Shown: positions 31,561-43,513, counted from the first letter of the stretch. The stretch is 64,000 bases of DNA from an uncultured Eubacteriales bacterium (GCA_964638835.1 CAZWZB010000004.1:65407-129406), one strand, 5' to 3'. A program made the numbers and translations. Notes: a model not told the origin generated them from the letters alone.

Positions 31561-31699
31561 CGACTTTGAATTAAAAAAATAGTAAAAACAATGTTTTATT
31601 GTTTTTACTTAATTATTTAGCACTCTAATAAGTTATAATATTTACTTTTCTACAATATAAATTTAATTTTACAAAGAATATAAAAATCTTTAATATCTA

Positions 31700-31728
31700 T
31701 TGACAAATTTAATTTTCAATTATATAAT
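31700..31728 (+). promoter_or_regulatory. sigma-A promoter of feoAB
   Basis: TTGACA-N17-TATAAT. Confidence 0.85.
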
Positions 31729-31833
31729 GTTAGCGTAATATAACAATGTTTAAATCTTAAAAATTTATTTAATTTGGGGTTTTTTAATAAAACGTAAAGA
31801 TAGTTTTAACAAAATGTTAGTCTAATATAACAA
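31726..31833. promoter_or_regulatory. two putative DtxR/MntR-family metal-repressor boxes (31726-31746, 31813-31833)
   Basis: Repeated semi-palindrome AATGTTAGnnTAATATAACAA, one overlapping -10/+1 and one before the RBS. Confidence 0.65.
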
Positions 31834-31853
31834 ATTAAAAGGAGAGAAATATT

Positions 31854-32144
31854 ATGTTTTCTGCATTATTAGGTAATAAGTGTAAGGTTAATAAAGCAAA
31901 TTCAGAAATTGAAACAGAATATAATCTAAAAAACTTAAAACCTAACGAAAGAGGTATTGTTTTAAATATAGGAAATACAGGAGCTATAAAAAGAAGATTA
32001 ATGGATATGGGAGTTACACCCGGTGTATCAATAAAAGTAGTTAAAGTAGCTCCTTTTGGCGACCCTATTGAAATACATTTAAGAGGATACGAACTTAGTT
32101 TAAGAAAAGATGAAGCAGAACAAATATTAGTAGAAAAAATTTAG
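31854..32144 (+). CDS. feoA: ferrous iron transport protein A
   Basis: RRLMDMGVTPG, APFGDPIEI..RGYELSLRK. Confidence 0.93.
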   Translation: MFSALLGNKCKVNKANSEIETEYNLKNLKPNERGIVLNIGNTGAIKRRLMDMGVTPGVSIKVVKVAPFGDPIEIHLRGYELSLRKDEAEQILVEKI

Positions 32145-32152
32145 GTGATATT

Positions 32153-34141
32153 ATGAGTGTAAGAATAGCATTAGCTGGTAATCCTAACTGCGGTAAAACA
32201 ACTTTATTTAATGAGTTAACTGGTTCAAGGCAACATGTAGGTAATTGGCCGGGGGTTACAGTTGATAAAAAAGTGGGGAAATATAAATATTCAGATGAAG
32301 ACATTGATATAGTAGATTTACCGGGAATATATTCTTTATCTCCATATTCAGCAGAGGAGATTGTAGCAAGAGATTACATAATAAATGAAAGACCAAGTGT
32401 AGTTGTTAATATTATAGATGCAACAAATATAGAAAGAAATTTATATTTGTCACTTCAAATAATAGAAACAAATATACCTATTATTATAGCTCTTAATATG
32501 ATGGATGAAGTTGAAAAAAGAGGAGATACCATTTATATTGAAAAACTAAAAGAACAATTAGGTATAGAAATAATACCTATAGTTGCAAGAAGTGGTAAAG
32601 GAATTAAAGAATTAATATCTGCTGCTATACAAATATCAAAGATACCTAAAAATTCTAAATCGTTAAATATATTTAATTCTGATATAGAAAATTGTATTTC
32701 TGAAATAAAAAATATAATTAATGAAGATAATAATTTTCTTGCTATAAAGCTTTTAGAAGGCGATGAAATTATAACAAAAGCAATTCCTTCCGATAAATTA
32801 AAAGAAGTGGCAATAACAAAAAATATTCATTTAAATACTGATATTGAAGTTATGATTGCTGACCAAAGATATAAATTTATAGAAAAAATAATAGCTAATT
32901 CAATTGAAAGAAAAGCAAGAGAACTTACTATATCAGATAAAATTGATAAAGTAGCTACAAATAAATTTTTAGCAATACCATTATTTATAGCTATTATGTA
33001 CATTATATTTGAAATAACTTTTGGTGAAAGTATTTTAGGACTAGGAACTTTTTTACAAAGCTTAGTTGATACATTTGTAAATGAAATGTTTATACCAAAC
33101 ATAGAAAGTTTATTATTTAATATAGGGGTAGAAACTTGGGCTGTGGGGCTTGTATGTAATGGTATTTTAAATGGTATATGTTCTGTACTTACTTTTTTAC
33201 CTCAAATAATTATTTTATTTTTATTGTTATCTATATTAGAAGATAGCGGTTATATGTCAAGAGCAGCGTTTGTTATGGATAAATTGTTTAGAAAATTTGG
33301 TTTATCTGGCAAATCATTTATACCAATGCTTATGGGGTTTGGTTGTTCAGTTCCTGCTTTAATGTCAGCAAGAACATTAGAAAATGAAAAAGATAGAAAA
33401 ATGACTATGATGTTAATTCCTTTTATGTCATGTGGTGCAAAATTACCTATTTATGCTTTGTTTGGTTCAGCATTTTTTATTAGTAATCAATCATTTATAA
33501 TTTTTTCACTGTATTTTTTAGGTATAATTGTGGCTATAATTTCAGGACTTTTACTTAAAAGTACAATGTTTAAAGGGCAAAATGCAACTTTTGTTATGGA
33601 ATTACCACAATATAGATTTCCAACTATAAAGAGTATGTTAATACATATGTGGGATAAAGTTAAAGGCTTTGCTATAAAAGCAGGAACAATTCTTTTAGTA
33701 GCATCAGTAATTATATGGTTTACTTCTAATTTTAGTTTTGAATTTAAAATGGTGAATATGGATAATAGTATACTAGGCACTATTGGTTCAATAATAGCTC
33801 CTATATTTAAACCTTTAGGATTTGGTGAATGGAGAGCTTCTGTATCAATATTAACTGGATTAGTAGCTAAAGAAGCAGTTGTTACCACTATGGGTATATT
33901 ATATAGTTCAGCAGATGAAGCATTTTTAATATCAACATTGCAAACTATTTTTACTCCAATAACAGCATATGCTTTTATGACTTTTTGTCTTTTATATATG
34001 CCTTGTATATCTGCTTTTGCTACTATGAAAAGAGAAATGGGTTCTTGGGGTTGGGCTCTTAAAGCTATAACATATCAAACATTAGTAGCTTGGTTAGTTG
34101 CATTTTTAATTAATAATATTGGAAATATGATTTTTAATTGA
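32153..34141 (+). CDS. feoB: ferrous iron transport protein B
   Basis: GNPNCGKT, VGNWPGVTV, DLPG, LEDSGY, GFGCSVP. Confidence 0.96.
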   Translation: MSVRIALAGNPNCGKTTLFNELTGSRQHVGNWPGVTVDKKVGKYKYSDEDIDIVDLPGIYSLSPYSAEEIVARDYIINERPSVVVNIIDATNIERNLYLSLQIIETNIPIIIALNMMDEVEKRGDTIYIEKLKEQLGIEIIPIVARSGKGIKELISAAIQISKIPKNSKSLNIFNSDIENCISEIKNIINEDNNFLAIKLLEGDEIITKAIPSDKLKEVAITKNIHLNTDIEVMIADQRYKFIEKIIANSIERKARELTISDKIDKVATNKFLAIPLFIAIMYIIFEITFGESILGLGTFLQSLVDTFVNEMFIPNIESLLFNIGVETWAVGLVCNGILNGICSVLTFLPQIIILFLLLSILEDSGYMSRAAFVMDKLFRKFGLSGKSFIPMLMGFGCSVPALMSARTLENEKDRKMTMMLIPFMSCGAKLPIYALFGSAFFISNQSFIIFSLYFLGIIVAIISGLLLKSTMFKGQNATFVMELPQYRFPTIKSMLIHMWDKVKGFAIKAGTILLVASVIIWFTSNFSFEFKMVNMDNSILGTIGSIIAPIFKPLGFGEWRASVSILTGLVAKEAVVTTMGILYSSADEAFLISTLQTIFTPITAYAFMTFCLLYMPCISAFATMKREMGSWGWALKAITYQTLVAWLVAFLINNIGNMIFN

Positions 34142-34254
34142 AAATGTTAAAATATAAAATTTATTAAAATAGTTTAACTATATAAAGTTAAGCTATTTTT
34201 TTACTACAATTTATAGTAGTGATAATAATTAAAATGAAATTAAAAATCAATACT

Positions 34255-34282
34255 ATGTCGCACTTAATTTTAAGTGCGACAT
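34255..34282. repeat. family-A palindrome copy 7, with an AT hairpin and a family-B-type right end (34341-34358)
   Basis: ATGTCGCACTTAA-TT-TTAAGTGCGACAT; aattatttatttagtact. Confidence 0.92.
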
Positions 34283-34424
34283 GACTTTAAATCAAAAAAT
34301 AATAAAGAACGATATTATATTGTTTTTATTATTTTTACTTAATTATTTATTTAGTACTTACTAAATTATTATAATTACTAGTATTTTTATCATATACAAT
34401 AGACTTATAATGTGATAAAATTAT

Positions 34425-34505
34425 TATATACGTTATATGAAGTTGAAATTTGTATGTGAATTATATTTATATACTTTTACATAATTTTTAACTTTACTAA
34501 ATATA
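34425..34505. repeat. family-C element (degenerate)
   Basis: tgaagttgaaatt ... aatttttaactttactaaatata. Confidence 0.4.
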
Positions 34506-34538
34506 AATTTAATCTTAAATAGAGAAAGGTTGATAATC

Positions 34539-35396
34539 ATGTTTGAAATCGCAATAGAAAAGTCGGTATATGAAAACATTGTACTAAAAGATACAAAAAG
34601 TGGTGTTACAGCTGTAATTACACCTGAAAAAGGCGGAATGCTTACTAGCTTAAAAAAAGATGGTAAAGAATATATATTTATTGATGAAGAAAGCTATAAT
34701 AAACCCGGTAGAGGACATTGTGCAGTTCCTGTATTATTTCCAACAGTAGGAAGATGTAAAGATGAAAATCTTACTTTTAATGGAGTTTCGTATCATATGG
34801 GTATACATGGCTTAGTACATAGTTATAAATGGGATATAATCGAACAAAGTACAACTGATAGTGCATCTTTAACAATAACTGTTAAATCTAATGAAGAAAC
34901 TAAAAAAAGTTACCCTTTTGATTTTGAAGTACGTTTAACATTTAAATTAAAAGATACAAGTATCACTATAGACCAAGAATATATCAATTCTGGTAATGAT
35001 ATTATGCCTTTTAATTTTGGATTTCATCCTTATTTTTGTATCTCACATTTAGATAATTTAACTTTTGATATTAATGCTAAAAATGTCTATGATGCTTTAA
35101 CTGATACTACAGCAGAATTTACAGGAGAAATAAATCATGATTTAATTTGTGGTATTGGTGCTATATATACGCATACTAAAGACAAAACTAGTATTGCAGA
35201 TAGTTTTGATAATAGAAATATAACTGTAAAATATGATACTAACTTTAAATATGTTGTAATATGGACAAATCAAAAGAATAAATTTATTTGTATTGAACCT
35301 TGGTCATCAGTACCAAACGCTTTAAACACAGGAATTGATGTAAATACACTACAACCAAAACAATCATTAAAAGCACAATATACTATAGAAATATAA
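34539..35396 (+). CDS. aldose 1-epimerase family protein
   Basis: PVLFP, HG, YPFDF, FGFHPYF, FICIEPW. Confidence 0.88.
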   Translation: MFEIAIEKSVYENIVLKDTKSGVTAVITPEKGGMLTSLKKDGKEYIFIDEESYNKPGRGHCAVPVLFPTVGRCKDENLTFNGVSYHMGIHGLVHSYKWDIIEQSTTDSASLTITVKSNEETKKSYPFDFEVRLTFKLKDTSITIDQEYINSGNDIMPFNFGFHPYFCISHLDNLTFDINAKNVYDALTDTTAEFTGEINHDLICGIGAIYTHTKDKTSIADSFDNRNITVKYDTNFKYVVIWTNQKNKFICIEPWSSVPNALNTGIDVNTLQPKQSLKAQYTIEI

Positions 35397-35424
35397 ACCA
35401 GTTTACATACTTAAGACTGTAAAG

Positions 35425-35494
35425 TATACTTATTAAAGTTGAAAATTATACAAACAAAATTTGTACAAAATTTTCAACTTTATTATACGTTATA
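35425..35494. repeat. family-C element
   Basis: tatacttat-TAAAGTTGAAAATT...AATTTTCAACTTTA (14-bp perfect inverted repeat). Confidence 0.6.
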
Positions 35495-35534
35495 TAAATA
35501 AAATCTAACTTTAAATTTAGAGAGGAATTTAAAT

Positions 35535-37472
35535 ATGAAAACAATTAAAAGTAAATTAGTAGTTTCTATTTGTAGTGTTTCTATTATTATATGTTTAGTA
35601 TTAAGTATTATTTATCTTAGTATTTTATTTAAAAATGAAAAAAGTGATATGGAATCATTTGTAACAGCAATGAGAGAAGCATATACAGATGTTATTTCAA
35701 ATTACTTAGATAAGCTCAAAGAAAAAATAGAAGTTATATCTACAATACCAGATATAACTAATAGTAATAACAAGGAAGAATTATTTCAAACAATAGCTAA
35801 AAAGCAAGGTTTTATTAGAATTGGAATAGCTGATAAAAATGGGAATGCGTTCAGTGGTGCAAATATAACAGATAGAGAATATTTTCAAAAAGCAATAAAT
35901 GGAGAAACTTATATTTCTAGTATCATTAAAAGTAAAATTGATGGAACTATTACATTTGTTATAGCTACTAAAATTAATAATGGTACAGATTATGAGGGAA
36001 TAGTTTATGCATTATTAGATTATAAAGAATTTAATAAAAAAGTAGCAGATATAAAAATAGGTAAAGAAGGATATATCTTTTTACAAGATAAAAATTATAA
36101 TATTATAGCTCATAAAGATATTTCACTTATTGAAAATTCGGTAAATTTCGTTGAGCTTGAGAAAACAGATTCGTCTTTAAAAGATGTTGCAAGAGTAACT
36201 AAATTAATAAGTTCAGGTGAAGAAGGTTCTGTTAGAGTAACTTATAAAGGATTAAAAGAATATGTTTCATATGAAATTATACCTAATACAGATGGTTGGG
36301 GTCTTGCTGTTTGTGCTATTGAAAATGAAATGATGGAAAGAATTTATATTAATATAATAATAACTATAGGATTAACAATTTTATTTATTATAATTTCAGT
36401 AATAGTAGCATTAATAGCTGCTAGAAAAATAGGAAATCCTATTGTATTACTTATAGAACGTATAAGTAAACTTTCAGATGGTGATTTAAAATCAGATATA
36501 CCAGTTATAACTACAAGAGATGAAATATATACTTTAGCAGAAAGTACAAAAAAACTTATAAACAATACAGATGAAATTTTTAAAGATATAATATACATAT
36601 TAAATCAAATAGCAAATGGAAACTTAAATATAACACCAAACGAGTTTTACAAGGGTGATTTTTATCCTACTAAAACTGCAATAGAAGGAATTATATCATC
36701 TTTAAATAGTACAATTAAACAAATAAGCACAGTATCATTACAAGTAAATGATAATTCATCACAAGTATCACAAACAGCACAATCATTAGCAGAAGGAGCA
36801 ACTGAACAAGCAAGTACAATAGAGGAATTATCAGCATTAATATTAGAGGTTTCTGAAAAAATAAGTAATAATACTAAACATACAAATGATGTAAATAATA
36901 TAGCGTCAAATGTTTCTAAAGGAATACTAATTGGAAATGAAAAAATGAATGAACTTGTAAAATCTATGTCACAAATAAGTGTTTCATCAGAAAAAATAAA
37001 AGAAATAATTAAAACAATAGAAGATATAGCATATAAAACAAATCTTTTAGCTTTAAATGCTAGTATAGAAGCAGCAAGAGCAGGAGAAGCAGGAAAAGGT
37101 TTTAATGTAGTAGCCCAACAAATAAAAGATTTAGCAAATCAAAGCTCAGAAGCAGCTAAAATAACAACAAGATTAATAGAAAACTCAATAGAAACCGTAA
37201 CAGAAGGAAATAAAATAGCTGATGAAACAGCTAAAACATTAGTAACAATTATAGAAAATGTAAAAGAAATATCAACTCTTATAAATGAAATAACAATTAG
37301 TTCAAACGAACAAACAGACTCTATAATAGAAATAAAAAATGGTGTTTCACAAATAACAAATATCGTAGAAAGTACTTCAGCAATATCACAGCAAAGTGCT
37401 GCAACAAGCGAAGAATTATCAAATCAAGCTAATTTACTAAATAATTTAATTGAACAATTTAGATTAAAATAA
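35535..37472 (+). CDS. methyl-accepting chemotaxis protein (dCache sensor)
   Basis: Two TM helices, DREYFQKA Cache motif, [24 protein letters not shown]. Confidence 0.93.
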   Translation: MKTIKSKLVVSICSVSIIICLVLSIIYLSILFKNEKSDMESFVTAMREAYTDVISNYLDKLKEKIEVISTIPDITNSNNKEELFQTIAKKQGFIRIGIADKNGNAFSGANITDREYFQKAINGETYISSIIKSKIDGTITFVIATKINNGTDYEGIVYALLDYKEFNKKVADIKIGKEGYIFLQDKNYNIIAHKDISLIENSVNFVELEKTDSSLKDVARVTKLISSGEEGSVRVTYKGLKEYVSYEIIPNTDGWGLAVCAIENEMMERIYINIIITIGLTILFIIISVIVALIAARKIGNPIVLLIERISKLSDGDLKSDIPVITTRDEIYTLAESTKKLINNTDEIFKDIIYILNQIANGNLNITPNEFYKGDFYPTKTAIEGIISSLNSTIKQISTVSLQVNDNSSQVSQTAQSLAEGATEQASTIEELSALILEVSEKISNNTKHTNDVNNIASNVSKGILIGNEKMNELVKSMSQISVSSEKIKEIIKTIEDIAYKTNLLALNASIEAARAGEAGKGFNVVAQQIKDLANQSSEAAKITTRLIENSIETVTEGNKIADETAKTLVTIIENVKEISTLINEITISSNEQTDSIIEIKNGVSQITNIVESTSAISQQSAATSEELSNQANLLNNLIEQFRLK

Positions 37473-37558
37473 AGAGTGATTTTTTATTATGGTATTAGCA
37501 GATTTAATTATATAATTAATACTTTCAAAAAATTTATTTAGAATTGGAAGGAAAATTT

Positions 37559-39238
37559 ATGTTTAAAAATATGAATATAGGAAATAAGTTAATGTCGGTT
37601 TTTTTTGCTATTATTATATCTTTACTAATTTTAGGTTCAGTTAGTATATTTAATATTGGGATAATATCTAAAAAATTTGAAACATTTTATAAGGACTCAT
37701 TTGTTGTTATAACTTCATCAGCAGAAGCAAGACAACTTTTATTATCAGCTCAAAAGGATATACTTAAATCAATTGAAATTTCAAATTCAACTGAGATTCA
37801 AAAATATATTCAATCGGCTGATAATTCTCTACAACAATTAGAGAGAGTAGTTAAAAAAATAAATGATAAGTTTTTAGGCGATAAAAAACTTATTACTAAT
37901 TTTACTGATTTAATAAATAGTTCAAATGCATATAAAGGGCAAATATTAGATTTAATTTCTAAAAATTCTACAAATGATAACAATGAAGCTTTAAAAATGC
38001 TAAATGAAACGTATATGCCAACTTTAGAAAAAGCAAATGATGCCTTAATTATAATAAGTAATGATGCAAGTAATAGAGCAGATAATTTTTATAATACTGC
38101 TTTAGATTTAAGAAATAAATCTTATAGTATTACATTTTTAATAATAGTTATAAATATAATTTTTGTTATTGTTATGTTTTTAGTTCTTAAAAAAAGTATT
38201 GTAAAACCTATATTAGAAATAGAAAAAGAAACTTCAAAAGTTTCATTAGGAAAATTGAATATAGATATTAAATATAATTCTAAAGATGAACTTGGAAAAC
38301 TAGCAGATAGTACACGTAAAACCGTAAATATAATTAAAGAATATATAGAAGATATTTCATATATTTTAGGTAAATTAAAAGATGGTGACATGACAGTTAA
38401 AATTGATAAAGAATATATAGAAGATTTTGCTCCTATAAAAACATCAATGGAGCAGATTATCAACTCTTTAAAAGATACTATTTCTAATATAAGTTTAAGC
38501 TCAAAGCAAGTTTCAACAGCATCAAAACAAGTTTCTCTTGGAGCTAATACACTATCACAAGGAAGTAATGAACAAGCATCAGCAATACAAGAATTAGTTG
38601 CAACAATTAATGAAATATCAGAAAATATTAAAACAAATGCTGAATATGCACAAAATGCTAGTCTTATGGCGACAAATGCTACAGAAAACGTAAAATATGG
38701 GTCACAACAAATGGATAAAATGATAAAAGCTATAAATGAAATTAATATTGTATCTAATCAGATAATAGAAATTGTAAAAACAATAGATGATATTGCTTCG
38801 GAAACTAATTTGTTAGCACTTAATGCTTCAATTGAAGCTGCCCATGCTGGTGAATCTGGAGCAGGATTTTCAATTATAGCTAATGAAGTTAATGCTTTAG
38901 CAACTCAAAGTTCAGAAGCTGCTAGAAAAACAGCTACTCTTATAGAGAATGCTATCCAATCAGTTAAAGTTGGAACAGAAGTTGCTAATGAAACAGCACA
39001 AGCATTAAATTCTATAGTAGAAGCATCTAGTAATGTATCTAAACTTGTTGATAATATTTCAACACAATCACATCAACAATCACAAGCAGTAATTCAAATT
39101 ACAAATGGTATTGAGCAAATAGCAAGTGTAATAGAAAACAATTCAACAACAGCAGAAGAAAATAATACAATTGCAACCGAACTTGATAATCAATCTCAAG
39201 TATTAATAAATACCATTTCACAATTTAAATTATCTTGA
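37559..39238 (+). CDS. methyl-accepting chemotaxis protein (four-helix-bundle sensor)
   Basis: Two TM helices, HAMP (SKDELGKL), [15 protein letters not shown]. Confidence 0.92.
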   Translation: MFKNMNIGNKLMSVFFAIIISLLILGSVSIFNIGIISKKFETFYKDSFVVITSSAEARQLLLSAQKDILKSIEISNSTEIQKYIQSADNSLQQLERVVKKINDKFLGDKKLITNFTDLINSSNAYKGQILDLISKNSTNDNNEALKMLNETYMPTLEKANDALIIISNDASNRADNFYNTALDLRNKSYSITFLIIVINIIFVIVMFLVLKKSIVKPILEIEKETSKVSLGKLNIDIKYNSKDELGKLADSTRKTVNIIKEYIEDISYILGKLKDGDMTVKIDKEYIEDFAPIKTSMEQIINSLKDTISNISLSSKQVSTASKQVSLGANTLSQGSNEQASAIQELVATINEISENIKTNAEYAQNASLMATNATENVKYGSQQMDKMIKAINEINIVSNQIIEIVKTIDDIASETNLLALNASIEAAHAGESGAGFSIIANEVNALATQSSEAARKTATLIENAIQSVKVGTEVANETAQALNSIVEASSNVSKLVDNISTQSHQQSQAVIQITNGIEQIASVIENNSTTAEENNTIATELDNQSQVLINTISQFKLS

Positions 39239-39239
39239 G

Positions 39240-41216
39240 GTGATAAAGTTGAAAAGTATAAAAACTAAAATTAATATAGTTATTGTATCAATAGTAGTTT
39301 CCGTTAGCATAGCATTTTTTATAAGCAATATGATTTTTAATTATAATACTGCTGTTTCTGTATTAAAAACAACCGTTAAACAATTAGCTGAAACAGCAGC
39401 AGATAAAATTACAGAAACATTTAGAGTATATAAAGTTATTGCTGAAGAAATTGGAACTATATCAGAACTAACAAGTGGTAATATATCTTTGGAAGAAAAA
39501 AAAGAAATTTTAAGAAATAAAGCAATTAATTATAATATAGCACATATTACCATGGCAGATGAAAATGGAATTGTTATAGATAACAATTCTAATATTTCAG
39601 AGAAAGATTATTTTAAATCAGCTATTGCAGGAAATGTTTTTTTGTCTGACCCTATTTTAAATAAAAATACAAATAGTCTTGCAATAATTGTTTCTGCTCC
39701 ATTATGGGAAAATGGAAAAAAGGGAAGCTCTATTTCAGGTATTATTATGTTAATGATTGATGGTAAAGTTATTTCAGATATAGTCAGTGAAATAACTTTA
39801 CTTGAAAATAGTGGTGCATATATTGTTGATAAAGATGGTTATACAATTGCATATGAAGATTATGAATATGTATTAAATGGTGGAAATAGTATTAAAGAAG
39901 CTCAAACCGATTCAAGTTTAATAGAACTTGCTCAAGTTGAAGCTGATATGATAAAAGGTAACAGTGGTTTTGTTATGTATAAAGAAGCTGGAACAACATA
40001 TGTTCAAGGATACTGTCCTATAGCTGAAACTAATGGTTGGAGCATGGCAATTTATTCAGCTAGAAGTAACTTTTTGGTAGATGTGCTTAAATCAATAATT
40101 GTATCAGGAATTTTTGTGATAATATTTATTATACTTGGAACAATAATATCAATTATTCTTTCTAATAATATATCAAAACCTATCTTGCATTGCGTAAAAA
40201 GACTTGAAGCGTTAGCAAAAGGTGATTTAACTTCAAAATTACCAGATGTAAAAACTAAAGATGAAACTTTGATGCTTGTTAATTCTATGTCTTTAATGAT
40301 AAATTCTTTAAAAGAAATTATAGAAAATATTACTTATAATTTAAGTGAAATATCCCATAATAATTTAAACTTAGAAATAAATATGGATTATATTGGTGAT
40401 TTTAATTTAATAAAACAATCTTTAAATAAAATAATAAGTTCTATTAACAATACTATGTTACAAATTAACACATCATCATTTAAAATTTCCGATGCTTCAA
40501 ATGAAATACTTGATAAAACAACATTAGTTTCACAGGGAGTATCTGACCAAGCAAATGCAATAGAAGAATTATTAGCAACAATATCTGATATATCAGAAAA
40601 AGTAACTGATAATGCTAACAATTCTCATACTATGAATGATATAGTAATGAAAGCATATTCTGATACAGAGTTTGTAGATAAACATATGAAAAATATGACT
40701 GATGCTATGCAGCAAATAAATGATAAATCAAATCAAATTAGTGGTATAATAAAATTAATTAATGATATAGCAAATAAAAGTAATTTGCTAGCACTTAATG
40801 CTTCAATTGAAGCGGCTCATGCTGGTGAACTGGGTAAAGGATTTTCAGTAGTTGCTAATGAAGTTAGAACACTTGCTGAACAAAGTATGGAAGCAGCAAG
40901 AAATACAACTTTACTTATTGAAAGCTCAATACAAGCAACTAATAATGGAAATGTTATATTAAATGAAACCTGTGAAACTTTAAATTTAATATTAGATAGT
41001 ACTAAGAAATCTACTCAATTTGTAACTGAAATTTCAAAAGCAACTAAAGAACAGTCCGAAGCACTTTCACAAGTAACACAAGGAATAGAACAAATAGCAA
41101 ATGTAGTAGAAACTAATTCTTCTACAGCCGAACAAAATACTAACATATGCCAACAATTGAATATTCAATCAGATAGTTTGAAAGAACTTGTAAATAAATT
41201 TAAAATTAAAATATAA
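39240..41216 (+). CDS. methyl-accepting chemotaxis protein (dCache sensor)
   Basis: [40 protein letters not shown]. Confidence 0.92.
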   Translation: MIKLKSIKTKINIVIVSIVVSVSIAFFISNMIFNYNTAVSVLKTTVKQLAETAADKITETFRVYKVIAEEIGTISELTSGNISLEEKKEILRNKAINYNIAHITMADENGIVIDNNSNISEKDYFKSAIAGNVFLSDPILNKNTNSLAIIVSAPLWENGKKGSSISGIIMLMIDGKVISDIVSEITLLENSGAYIVDKDGYTIAYEDYEYVLNGGNSIKEAQTDSSLIELAQVEADMIKGNSGFVMYKEAGTTYVQGYCPIAETNGWSMAIYSARSNFLVDVLKSIIVSGIFVIIFIILGTIISIILSNNISKPILHCVKRLEALAKGDLTSKLPDVKTKDETLMLVNSMSLMINSLKEIIENITYNLSEISHNNLNLEINMDYIGDFNLIKQSLNKIISSINNTMLQINTSSFKISDASNEILDKTTLVSQGVSDQANAIEELLATISDISEKVTDNANNSHTMNDIVMKAYSDTEFVDKHMKNMTDAMQQINDKSNQISGIIKLINDIANKSNLLALNASIEAAHAGELGKGFSVVANEVRTLAEQSMEAARNTTLLIESSIQATNNGNVILNETCETLNLILDSTKKSTQFVTEISKATKEQSEALSQVTQGIEQIANVVETNSSTAEQNTNICQQLNIQSDSLKELVNKFKIKI

Positions 41217-41241
41217 CCACCAATTTTATTGGTGGTTATAT
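41211..41241 (+). terminator. rho-independent terminator
   Basis: atataaccaccaat-ttt-attggtggttatat. Confidence 0.85.
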
Positions 41242-41356
41242 TTTGTAAAATTTAGTCAAATAACTTTCTTACTCTTTTTAATATTTTCAGAGTTTAGATT
41301 CAATTGACCAATTAATTTTATTGTGATAAACTGTCCTTTATAATTTATAGTTAGGT

Positions 41357-43159
41357 GTGTTAAATATGAAGATAGATTTTTATAAAAACAAGTTAAACAA
41401 AACAGTAGAAGAAATTAATATTTTACAAAAAAGTTTTAATAATATAAGTCTAATTAGGTTTATTATTTTCTTAATTGCATTATGTGTGTTTTGTATAGCA
41501 ATTACTCAAAAAATTTCTTTTTTATATATTTTAACTATTATCTTTTTTGCTCTTTTTATAATTTTAATAAGAAAACATATAAAAATTGAAAACGAATTAA
41601 AATATAAAAATGCAGAAAAGATTGTATTAGAAAAATATATAAGTAGATTTAGTGAAGATTGGCGTTTATTTAATTGTAATGGTAAAGAATTTTTATCTAA
41701 TAAAATACCACAAGCAAAAGATTTAGATATTTTAGGTCAGAATTCATTATATCAATATATTTGTGTTGCTAATACGGCTTACGGAAAACAGCTATTAGCT
41801 AATAATCTTCAAAATATCAAACCTAAAAGAAATGCTATTATAAAACACCAACAAGCAGTAGAAGAATTATCAAATAAAATAGAGTTTTCTATTAGAATGC
41901 AAAGTTTAGGAACAATTTTTTCTACTAATAAAAAAAATAAAGATGCTATAATTTTAGATTTTTTAAAAATATCAGAAAACAAAATTAAAAGTTCACCTCT
42001 TTTATTAAAAATTTATATTTGGCTATTACCTGCTATTACAATTTCTATTTTAATATTTTCTATTTTAAACAAACAAGCAAGTTTTTTATTTATTACTTGT
42101 ATATTAATTCAACTTGCTTCTACATTTATTGGTTATGCTAGAAATATAAAAGAACTAAAACCAATTGAGGAATTTACTGAACAAATCAATGCTTATGTTG
42201 CTATTTTAAAGTTAATAGAAGATGAAAAATTTAATAGTCAATATATAAATGAGTTACAAAAAATATTAAATAAAGATGGTAGTGCCGTTAGTAGTTTAAA
42301 ACATCTTAATTCAATTTGTGAATTTGTTAAAGGTCGTCGTAATAGTATAGAATTTATACTTACAAATGGATTATTTTTAAGTGACTATCATTTAGTAGAG
42401 CAGTTTAACAAATGGAAAAGGATTTATGGTAAGAATATAAGAAAGTGGCTTGAAGTTGTTGGCGAAATAGAAATGTTACTTAGTTTAGCAGTAATTTGTA
42501 ATGTTAAAGATGAATATTGTTTTCCTACAATAAAAGAAAGTAGTACTCCTATTCTTTCGTTTAATCAAATTAAACATCCATTAATAACAGAAACTAAATC
42601 TGTGGGAAATGATATTAACTTAAATTCATCAACTTGTATAATAACAGGTTCTAATATGTCAGGCAAAACTACTTTTATGCGTTCTATTGGTACTAATATA
42701 TTACTTGCATATTCAGGAGCTCCTGTATTAGCAACAAGTTTTGAAATATCAGAAATAGCTTTATTTACTTCTATACGTATTGAAGATAGTGTAACAGAAA
42801 ATATATCAACATTTTATGCAGAACTTTTAAGATTAAAAGATATTATAGATTATAGTAAAAAAGGTTTACCTATGATAACTTTAATAGATGAGATTTTCAA
42901 AGGTACGAATTCTAGTGATAGAATTATAGGAGCTATAGAAACTATAAAACGATTATCCAAAGATAAAATAATTACTATTCTTACAACACATGATTTTGAA
43001 CTTTGTGATTTAGAAAAAAATAAAAATGTTTGCGTTATAAATTATCATTTTTCTGAGAATTATATAAATGATAAAATTAATTTTGATTATAAAATAAAAA
43101 CAGGTAGATGTAAAACAACAAATGCACAATATCTTTTAAAAATGGTTGGAATTTTATAA
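41357..43159 (+). CDS. membrane-anchored MutS-like ATPase (MutS domain V)
   Basis: N-terminal TM helices, HPL, ITGSNMSGKTTF, STFYAEL, IDEIFKGTNS, TTHD. Confidence 0.88.
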   Translation: MLNMKIDFYKNKLNKTVEEINILQKSFNNISLIRFIIFLIALCVFCIAITQKISFLYILTIIFFALFIILIRKHIKIENELKYKNAEKIVLEKYISRFSEDWRLFNCNGKEFLSNKIPQAKDLDILGQNSLYQYICVANTAYGKQLLANNLQNIKPKRNAIIKHQQAVEELSNKIEFSIRMQSLGTIFSTNKKNKDAIILDFLKISENKIKSSPLLLKIYIWLLPAITISILIFSILNKQASFLFITCILIQLASTFIGYARNIKELKPIEEFTEQINAYVAILKLIEDEKFNSQYINELQKILNKDGSAVSSLKHLNSICEFVKGRRNSIEFILTNGLFLSDYHLVEQFNKWKRIYGKNIRKWLEVVGEIEMLLSLAVICNVKDEYCFPTIKESSTPILSFNQIKHPLITETKSVGNDINLNSSTCIITGSNMSGKTTFMRSIGTNILLAYSGAPVLATSFEISEIALFTSIRIEDSVTENISTFYAELLRLKDIIDYSKKGLPMITLIDEIFKGTNSSDRIIGAIETIKRLSKDKIITILTTHDFELCDLEKNKNVCVINYHFSENYINDKINFDYKIKTGRCKTTNAQYLLKMVGIL

Positions 43160-43225
43160 TAATAAGAATAGATTTTTTTATAAAATTATTATGTATTAAA
43201 TCAAATAAAAAATTTAAAATCAAAC

Positions 43226-43257
43226 TTGTGTCGCACTCCTTAAGGAGTGCGACACAA
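43226..43257. repeat. family-A palindrome copy 8
   Basis: TTGTGTCGCACTCCT-TA-AGGAGTGCGACACAA, preceded by AAAATCAAAC. Confidence 0.95.
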
Positions 43258-43266
43258 CATTAAATT

Positions 43267-43492
43267 AAAATTTTTGAGAGTGGTAATATAAAAATAGATG
43301 AATATTTATTTAAACTATAGGTTTTTTGTAGGGGCGTGCTTTGCACGTCCGTTTTGTTGGGAATTCTAATTTTAATCCTTTAAATATTTTATCAGTGGCT
43401 TAACAAGAAGTATAATTATATAAAATAAAACGGACGACCAAAGGTCGCCCCTACTCTCCAATCTATCTTTTACTAACCACTCTCAAATTTTT
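43267..43492. mobile_element. family-B miniature element enclosing an inverted pair of GTAG REPs (REPIN-like)
   Basis: TIR tttgagagtggt (43273-43284) / accactctcaaa (43476-43487); REPs GTAGGGGCGTGCTTTGCACGTCCG (43328-43351, +) and GTAGGGGCGACCTTTGGTCGTCCG (43431-43454, -). Confidence 0.75.
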
Positions 43493-43513
43493 ATGTAATA
43501 ACTATTTATTAAA

